A stretch of DNA of 64,000 nt from Nitrospirota bacterium. Its GTDB lineage: Bacteria; Nitrospirota; JACRHJ01. The position numbers and the translations under genes were made by a program. Below the pieces are notes generated by a model. That model worked only from the letters and a program-made list of their open reading frames with translations, did not search any database and was not told the origin of the DNA. Of this stretch, positions 58,133 to 64,000 are shown piece by piece. The stretch is taken from the NCBI GenBank assembly GCA_016212105.1, contig JACRHJ010000046.1:30136-94135 (forward strand), read 5' to 3'. The stretch's first letter is position 1. Each line of letters begins with the position of its first letter.

Positions 58133-59158
58133 TCAGTATCTCCTGACGGAGCTGTAGAACTCGCGGAGCTGCCTGATGAGCGGCCTCTTTGTGATGCTCT
58201 CGGCGAAGCCCCTGCATGACGTCCAGCACTCGGAGCATGCCGAGGTGCGCTGCAGGTCCTCGAGTTTGGCGCGGATGTCGTCCATGTCCTCGATCAGTAT
58301 GTTCCCGGCCGGGCTGTCGAGCATCTCTGTGCACCTCGCCACACGGCCCATGTTGTCTATGTTCATCATCAGCCGTCCGGCCTGGCATCTGCCGACCCCG
58401 CCGGTCTCGATCGCCTCGTCGAGCCGCTCTATGTACGACGTAAGCGTCACGAACTCCGGGTATCTCTTCTTGAGCGAGAGCAGGCGTGCCGCGACCTTGT
58501 CCTCCGGGAGCCTGCGCGTCTTCACGCCTCTGTTCCACGAGTACAGGCTCAGCATGTACGTCACGCCGAGCTTGCGCGAAAGCAGCAGCAGCGGCTCTAC
58601 CTCATCGAGGTTGTCGTCCATCAGGACGCTTATCATGTGGACGCGCCTCCGGTTGTCCCTGCGCGCGCGGTTGAGTGTGTCGAGCGCGGAAACAGCACGC
58701 TCCCACGCCCCGTCCATGCCGCGCATCGTGTCGTGCCGCTTCGGGTCGGCATAGTCGAGTGAGACGGATATCTCCTGTAAACCAGCCACGGATAGCTCCT
58801 CGGCGAGATCCGGTGTCACGTGCCAGCCGTTAGTGATGAGTATAGGGAAGTGGCCCTTCGCGTTCAGTATCCGTATTATATCAGGAAGGTCTTCCCGGAT
58901 GAGCGGCTCACCGCCGGCAAGCGATATGATAAACGTTCCGTAGCGTGCAAGCTTGTCGCCGATAACACGTATGTCGTCGAGTGACAGCTCTTCTTCCGCC
59001 TTGTGTTTCGTCTTCCAGAAGTCGCAGATGCTGCACCGGAACTGGCAGCGGTACGTCACCTGCAGGTTGCAGTAGATGAGCCTGCGCGTGGCGAAGCCCG
59101 CGAGCAGGCTCCCGCAGCGCCTCTGGTAGTGGAGTTCTTGTTTTATGGAATATAGCAT
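58133..59158 (-). CDS. Radical SAM/SPASM protein
   Basis: CQFRCSIC, AGGEPL, ITNG, CQAG..ARC..CSECWTSC; start taken as ATG 59158 (uncertain). Confidence 0.85.
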   Translation of the reverse strand: MLYSIKQELHYQRRCGSLLAGFATRRLIYCNLQVTYRCQFRCSICDFWKTKHKAEEELSLDDIRVIGDKLARYGTFIISLAGGEPLIREDLPDIIRILNAKGHFPILITNGWHVTPDLAEELSVAGLQEISVSLDYADPKRHDTMRGMDGAWERAVSALDTLNRARRDNRRRVHMISVLMDDNLDEVEPLLLLSRKLGVTYMLSLYSWNRGVKTRRLPEDKVAARLLSLKKRYPEFVTLTSYIERLDEAIETGGVGRCQAGRLMMNIDNMGRVARCTEMLDSPAGNILIEDMDDIRAKLEDLQRTSACSECWTSCRGFAESITKRPLIRQLREFYSSVRRY

Positions 59159-59175
59159 AATGATAAAGGATATAA

Positions 59176-59305
59176 CCCCGCCTTCTTGTAAGAAGGCGGC
59201 CCAAGAACTTTTGGGCTGCACCAGCGGATATGCGTGAAACGCTACGCAATAGGCCGGAGGCGGCATAAAAGTTTTCGGGCCGCCCTTTTACAAAAGGGCG
59301 GGACT
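59176..59305. repeat. Divergent pair of CCGC-N6-AC-N6-GCGG palindromes
   Basis: CCGCCTTCTT-gt-AAGAAGGCGG (59178) and CCGCCCTTTT-ac-AAAAGGGCGG (59280); related copies at 4827, 12577 and 9624. Confidence 0.65.
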
Positions 59306-59319
59306 TGTTGGCAGTGCCG

Positions 59320-60330
59320 TTATCTTCTCCCCGCGAACCGGGAGTCCTCTCGCATAGCCGAAACCGGGTGTGCCTGGAACATCGTCAGTCCCATGTGGCA
59401 GAATATGTGGCACCTGCCGGAGCAGTCCGGTATGCCGCCATAAGACTTACGCGCGGTCGTGAGCGCTGCCTCGTAGCCGCCGCGCTCCAGCACGCTCTCG
59501 TCCGCCCGCTTGAACTCCAGGCACGGGTAGTAGAGCCTCCCGTCCGGCCTTATGGCAGGCATGAGGAGGGGTGCGCACCTGAACTCGCGGAAGTATCTGA
59601 TCCCGTCGAGATACTCAGGTACTCCCAGCACTCCGGACCGCGTCTTCTTGGCATCGAGGACCTTCGACATCAGCCGGTCGTAGACAGGGTTGTCTCTAAG
59701 CGCCGGGTTCACGGACCTCCCGGTTATATCCGGCGATATATGGAAACCGAGCCTGTTTTCGAGCGCAAAACCGAGGACGTCAGCGACGTCGTCGAGGTTG
59801 GCGGGCGTCGCCACTGCGCTTAAAACCAGTGCGGTACCCGCATCCGCCGCCGTACGCACCGAGTATTCGAGGCTGTCGAGTATCCCGCGCGCCGCTGTTT
59901 TATTACCGGTGAGGGCCGTAAGTCTGTCCTCGTCGAGCGAGTCCACGCTCAGTACGAGGACGTTGGCCAGCCCGATTATTTCTTTACGTGACTCGAGCCC
60001 GATGCCCTTCGTGTTGAGGACAGTCGCCATCCCTGCGTGTCTTGCATGGGCGAGCACTTCCTCGATGTCGTCCCTTTCGAGCGGCTCTCCGCCGGTAATG
60101 TCGAGCGTGTCCGCGGAGCGGGCAAGCATCCCGACAAGCCTTTTAGCGTCTTCGGTCGACAGCTCATCCACGACATCCTCGCGGAAGCTTGCGCCATCGC
60201 CGTCGGAGCAGTATGCGCACCGGAGCCCGCAGCGGTGGGTTATGTAGTACGAGAAAAGCAGCGGCCGGGACGGCCTGCGCCCCACGGCGACGGAGATCAG
60301 ATTAAGGGCGTAGTTGAGCGCCGAGCCCAT
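59320..60330 (-). CDS. Radical SAM protein with C-terminal Cys cluster
   Basis: CGLRCAYC, ITGGEPL, C..DGRLYYPC..CSGRCHIFCH. Confidence 0.85.
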   Translation of the reverse strand: MGSALNYALNLISVAVGRRPSRPLLFSYYITHRCGLRCAYCSDGDGASFREDVVDELSTEDAKRLVGMLARSADTLDITGGEPLERDDIEEVLAHARHAGMATVLNTKGIGLESRKEIIGLANVLVLSVDSLDEDRLTALTGNKTAARGILDSLEYSVRTAADAGTALVLSAVATPANLDDVADVLGFALENRLGFHISPDITGRSVNPALRDNPVYDRLMSKVLDAKKTRSGVLGVPEYLDGIRYFREFRCAPLLMPAIRPDGRLYYPCLEFKRADESVLERGGYEAALTTARKSYGGIPDCSGRCHIFCHMGLTMFQAHPVSAMREDSRFAGRR

Positions 60331-60331
60331 G

Positions 60332-60892
60332 TCAGTCTTTACCCTTTAGGCTCTTTGCGGGCACGCCGCCGACGGAGTCATCGTCCGGAACGTCCCGGTT
60401 CACGAAGCTGTTGAACCCGACGTTCGCGCGCTCGCCTATGGTTACCCCGCACCGTACGGTCGAGAAGCCGCCTAAAACGGAATGCTTTCCTATGCGCACG
60501 CGGCCAAGCCTGAACTCCTTGACCGAGTACTCGTGCGTCATGACGCGCGAGCCGATACCGAGCAGGACGCCGTCCTCCAGCTCGATGAGCTGCGGGTACA
60601 GCGGGTCGATGTACGTCTCGGGCGATATGTACACGTCCCTGCCTATCCTCGCGCCCAGCAGCCTGAGCAGGGATACCTTTACGGACGATAAAGGCACGGC
60701 GTTCACGAACCACATGACGACGAGACGTATGCCGATGACGAGGTCCGGGCCGTGGCCTGTGAATATTGTCTCGCAGACGCAGTACCGCTCAGAGCGCGGT
60801 ACGACGAAAGGCTCGGAGCGGTCGCCCGCGAGCCACTCAGTGAGCGCGGCCCTGTGTCTGGCTACAGCCGACTTGTCTTCCGGGCTAAGCAT
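60332..60892 (-). CDS. Hexapeptide-repeat (LbH) acyltransferase, YvoF-like
   Basis: LGARIG..DPLYPQLIEL..MTHEYSVKEFRLGRVRIG..GVTIG..DVP..GGVPAK. Confidence 0.8.
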   Translation of the reverse strand: MLSPEDKSAVARHRAALTEWLAGDRSEPFVVPRSERYCVCETIFTGHGPDLVIGIRLVVMWFVNAVPLSSVKVSLLRLLGARIGRDVYISPETYIDPLYPQLIELEDGVLLGIGSRVMTHEYSVKEFRLGRVRIGKHSVLGGFSTVRCGVTIGERANVGFNSFVNRDVPDDDSVGGVPAKSLKGKD

Positions 60893-62285
60893 GGAACCTC
60901 TCGTCCTTCATCCGGTGGAAGAGGTTATAGGTGCAGGCCGGTATCAGCCTGCCGGGCTCGGAGGGGACAAGGTCCGGGCAGAGCATCGCGCGCGCGCAGT
61001 CGAAGCTGTCCTCGTCCATGTGCGCGTGCACATATACCGTCCTGACGGAGGACTCCGCGAGCCGCTGCCGCATGAAAGGGCTTATCCTGCCCTCGTCAGG
61101 GTACAGCCGCTTTATCAGCTCCCGGAAAGCCTTCATGTGCACCTCGTCGCCCTTCGCGTAGAGCTCATTGATTATCTCGCGGAAGAAGTCCGCCCTGTCG
61201 TCAAGACGCATCAGGTAAGAGTCCGCCATGAACGACATGAGCGTCTCGGCCGGCGCGAACCGCGCGAACGGGTGGAACTTCCTGCCGGACTTCATCATGT
61301 AGCAGGTGAGGTAGCATAGCGGGTGCGCGGACGGCCTGGGGAGGAAGTCCGTGAACTCCAGCATACCGCCTGAGCCCGCCGCGACGAGCTTCGCGGCCTC
61401 GTCCACGGGTATGTGCGCGCGGCCCTCGACCGTCCCGCCGCCCTGGCCGGTGTAGGTCATCGTCTGGACTATCAGGCTAAGTATGCTGTCGTTCTCCAGC
61501 ATCAGGCCGAGTATGCCGCTGGTGGCGTCCTCGTTCACGCCGCGCATCATGACGTTCAGGAGCGTTATCCTCGCGCCCGCGCGTGTCAGGTTGTCTATAG
61601 CGCGGAGCTTTGTATCGACCACGTCCGCACCGTGCATGACCTTCGACGCCGCAGGGTCGAACGTGTTGAACGACAGGTTCACGTATACTCCAAGGTCGGC
61701 GATCCTTCTGCACAAGTCCATGTCGCGCGAGAGACGGAGCCCGTTGGAGTTCATCATGACGCGCCCGACCTCCTGGCGTTTGCAGCAGGCGAGTATCCCG
61801 AGTATGTCCGGGTGGAGCGCCGGCTCGCCGCCGGTAATGTCTATGAGGTCCACGCTGCCGGACGACTCGATAATCCAGTCCACGGTGCGGCGCATCTCGT
61901 CCACCGGCATGTAGTACTTCCTGTCCTGCCGGTTGTACGTGAAGCATATAGGGCAGCGCATCTCGCAGTCGTTCGTTATGGATATGACAGGGAGCTGACA
62001 GGGAGATGCGTGCCATGTGCACGGGCCGCAGTCGTGCGGACAGCCGCGCATCGGTGGATGCGAATGGCCGGCGGGCGAGCTGTCGGCGAACGGCCCCTGA
62101 CAGCTACTGAGGTACCAGTCCACGTCCGAGGCTATCATGGCGGGCTCGCCCTCGCCGCACCTGCATAACGACTGCTGCCAGACCTTGCCGTCCCGGAAGA
62201 AGACGCGCGCGGGCACGACCTCGCGGCAGGAGCGGCAGACGCCCCGGACCGTTGTGAAGTAAGTGTAGTCCCTGGTCTCAAGCAC
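60885..62285 (-). CDS. Second Tes/GDGT-MAS (MJ0619)-family radical SAM protein
   Basis: GTG start after GGGAG; CRSC..CRC, GCPHDCGPCTWH, CEMRCPIC, HPLC, HMD..FDCARAMLC..IPACTYN. Confidence 0.82.
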   Translation of the reverse strand: MLETRDYTYFTTVRGVCRSCREVVPARVFFRDGKVWQQSLCRCGEGEPAMIASDVDWYLSSCQGPFADSSPAGHSHPPMRGCPHDCGPCTWHASPCQLPVISITNDCEMRCPICFTYNRQDRKYYMPVDEMRRTVDWIIESSGSVDLIDITGGEPALHPDILGILACCKRQEVGRVMMNSNGLRLSRDMDLCRRIADLGVYVNLSFNTFDPAASKVMHGADVVDTKLRAIDNLTRAGARITLLNVMMRGVNEDATSGILGLMLENDSILSLIVQTMTYTGQGGGTVEGRAHIPVDEAAKLVAAGSGGMLEFTDFLPRPSAHPLCYLTCYMMKSGRKFHPFARFAPAETLMSFMADSYLMRLDDRADFFREIINELYAKGDEVHMKAFRELIKRLYPDEGRISPFMRQRLAESSVRTVYVHAHMDEDSFDCARAMLCPDLVPSEPGRLIPACTYNLFHRMKDERFHA

Positions 62286-62736
62286 CGGCGTATATCTCCC
62301 GCCAGAGCGTCTCGCGTCCGGATGCGTCTTCCATGTCATGCAGGTCCGCAAGCGTGAAAGATAATGTCCCGGCGGCGACTTGCGCGCCGGATATGGCCGC
62401 CACTGAGCATTCGGCTATAAAAGAGCCTTTAGACACCTCTACTGGACGCACCTCGATTATCAGCGCATCGCCAATCCCCGGCTTGCCCGGCGATGCGGCG
62501 AACGTCATCTCCGATACTCCATCCAGCAGGCATGTCTTCTCGAACCGCGTACTTGCGGAAGCCAGCCAGCGTGCGGCGGATACGCAGCACTCCATGACAA
62601 GGCTCACCGGGAAGGCCCCCTTCAGGCCGAACGGCTTCAGAAGGCTGTACTCCTCGAGGCTGACCGTCTTCCTGCACCTGACGGCCTTCCATGACTCGAA
62701 GCTCTCTACTCTGTCAGTGAACCTCCAGCGCATCAT
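62278..62736 (-). CDS. FabZ/FabA-like hotdog-fold protein (degenerate active site)
   Basis: RWRFTDRV..RKTVSLEE..FPVSLVME..PGIGDAL; lacks the HFP motif. Confidence 0.65.
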   Translation of the reverse strand: MMRWRFTDRVESFESWKAVRCRKTVSLEEYSLLKPFGLKGAFPVSLVMECCVSAARWLASASTRFEKTCLLDGVSEMTFAASPGKPGIGDALIIEVRPVEVSKGSFIAECSVAAISGAQVAAGTLSFTLADLHDMEDASGRETLWREIYAGA

Positions 62737-63446
62737 ATACCGCCGTTCACGTGTATGCTCTGGGCGTTTATGTACGATGCCCTGTCGGAGGCGAGGAAGA
62801 GGGCGACCTCCGCAACCTCCTCCGGCTCTCCGGGCCTGCCTGCCGTGCAGTAGTTGAGGTACTCCTTCATCTCTTTCTCGGGCACGAGGGTGCCGACGCC
62901 CTTGGACAAAAGCCCCGGCACAATCTCGTTCACGCGGATGCCGAAGCGCGCGAGCTCCATGGCGAGCGCGGTCGTGAAGCCGGACACGGCCGCCTTTGCC
63001 GCGGCGTAGTGCACCGGCACCTCGAGGAGCCTGTGGCCCGCAATCGAGCCGATGTTGATTATGACGCCCGAACGGCGCGATATCATGGAGCGGGCCGCCT
63101 CCTTGCTCGCGAGGAACATGGGCTTGAGGTTCGCGGCGATGACCTCGTCCCAGTCCTCCTCCTCGATGAGCGCGAACGGCATCACCTGCGTCCGGCCGAC
63201 GGTGTTCACGAGGACGTCTATGCCGCCGAAACGTCCCGTAACGTCCTCGACCAATCTCGCAACACCCGCGCCTTTTGTCAGTTCGGCCTTGAACGCCAAG
63301 GCGCCCGTCACGGCTTCGAGTTGCCGTGCGGCCTCCTCGCCGTTCCGGTACGTGAACGCGACGGAGTATCCCTCGCGGGCGAACGCGCGGACGACCGCGC
63401 CGCCCACCGCTCCGCTCCCTCCGGTGACAAGCGCGGTCTTAGGCAT
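62733..63446 (-). CDS. FabG-like 3-oxoacyl-ACP reductase (SDR)
   Basis: TGGSGAVG, IGSIAG, YAAAK, GIRVN, FLASDRASYI. Confidence 0.85.
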   Translation of the reverse strand: MPKTALVTGGSGAVGGAVVRAFAREGYSVAFTYRNGEEAARQLEAVTGALAFKAELTKGAGVARLVEDVTGRFGGIDVLVNTVGRTQVMPFALIEEEDWDEVIAANLKPMFLASKEAARSMISRRSGVIINIGSIAGHRLLEVPVHYAAAKAAVSGFTTALAMELARFGIRVNEIVPGLLSKGVGTLVPEKEMKEYLNYCTAGRPGEPEEVAEVALFLASDRASYINAQSIHVNGGI

Positions 63447-63837
63447 GTCCTGCCTCCTTTAGCCTGGCGACAATGTTGACGAACGTCGCAACTCGGAACG
63501 TGCGCGGAAGCGCGGCGGCATGGAGCCCGTCGTGGAGCTCCTCCGGAGGCACCTCCGGGAGCGCGGCCCTTAGCTCTGCGAGCGCCTCCGGCGTGTATAT
63601 ACCGTCAACCTCGAAAGCCGCGCCGCCGAGCCTCTCACGCGCGCGGCGCTCAATGTCCCTGGGTGAAATCTTTATACTGAACCGTTGCTCGAGCTGGAAT
63701 ACCAGGTCGAGCAGGTCGAGCGAGTCCGCGCCGAGGTCGCCGATAATCCTCGCGTCCTCAGACACGCAGGATGCGTCCATGTCCAGCACCTTCGACAGGC
63801 TCTCGCGTACTCCGGCCTGTATCTCATCTCTCGTCAT
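63439..63837 (-). CDS. Acyl carrier protein, extended form (132 aa)
   Basis: DLGADSLDLLDLVFQLE phosphopantetheine motif with a long insertion before the last helix. Confidence 0.85.
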   Translation of the reverse strand: MTRDEIQAGVRESLSKVLDMDASCVSEDARIIGDLGADSLDLLDLVFQLEQRFSIKISPRDIERRARERLGGAAFEVDGIYTPEALAELRAALPEVPPEELHDGLHAAALPRTFRVATFVNIVARLKEAGHA

Positions 63838-64000
63838 CTATTATCCTCGTATAGTCGTCAACAGGTTTTCTCTCCGGGGCAGCGGGAGTCTCTGCCGGGT
63901 ATCCGAGCGCGACCAGGCAGACTATTTCGAAGCGTCCTCCGACACCGGCAATCTTCTTCAGCCTGTCTCCCGCCGCGAGCGGGCCGGTCAGGCAGCATGT
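63824..64000 (-). CDS. Nitroreductase family protein, C-terminal part; runs off the right edge
   Basis: Not in the ORF track: TCCLTGPLAAGDRLKKIAGV..IVCLVALGYPAETPAAPERKP.., TGA at 63824-63826. Confidence 0.7.
   Translation of the reverse strand, partial: TCCLTGPLAAGDRLKKIAGVGGRFEIVCLVALGYPAETPAAPERKPVDDYTRIIDDER

Noticed and set aside
52095-60330. Assignment of the cluster to hopanoid (HpnO/HpnH), ladderane or aryl polyene biosynthesis
   Set aside because: No squalene-hopene cyclase or other hpn genes, no B12-binding rSAM or desaturase-like genes, and no typical ape gene set in view; only single-gene resemblances.

Overview
High-GC bacterial chromosome window from a Gram-negative organism, probably an anaerobe (Nitrospirota/Desulfobacterota-like by gene content; this is inference). 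From left to right: (1) a housekeeping block: partial lytic transglycosylase, queE, ppx/gppA, lptCAB, rpoN-hpf-ptsN-hprK-rapZ-EIIA-HPr-EI; (2) a two-component pair, an orphan NHLP-leader-like small protein, a single-chain restriction-modification enzyme, mazG, a REC-5xPAS protein and a universal stress protein; (3) eight tRNAs, with a candidate structured RNA behind tRNA-Glu, three lower-GC membrane-protein genes, and an RRE-radical SAM/SPASM gene followed by an unannotated 20-aa Cys-rich ORF (candidate RiPP precursor); (4) three secreted CxxCH/CxxxxCH multiheme cytochromes (hand counts about 12, 45 and 38-39 heme motifs) behind a good sigma54 promoter, then a HEAT-repeat protein and a TMTC-like glycosyltransferase-TPR protein; (5) a minus-strand biosynthetic cluster running off the right edge: nitroreductase, long ACP, FabG-like and FabZ-like proteins, five radical SAM enzymes (two of the Tes/GDGT-MAS/MJ0619 type), a YvoF-like acetyltransferase, an ICMT-family methyltransferase, a cysteine desulfurase-rhodanese fusion, a class III aminotransferase, DUF1571 and two NHL-repeat proteins. 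The best candidates for undescribed systems are the radical-SAM-rich ACP-linked lipid cluster and the hidden RiPP precursor. Intergenic spaces hold several REP-like palindrome families. No CRISPR array, rRNA, integrase or transposase was seen. All calls come from motif reading by eye; no searches were run.
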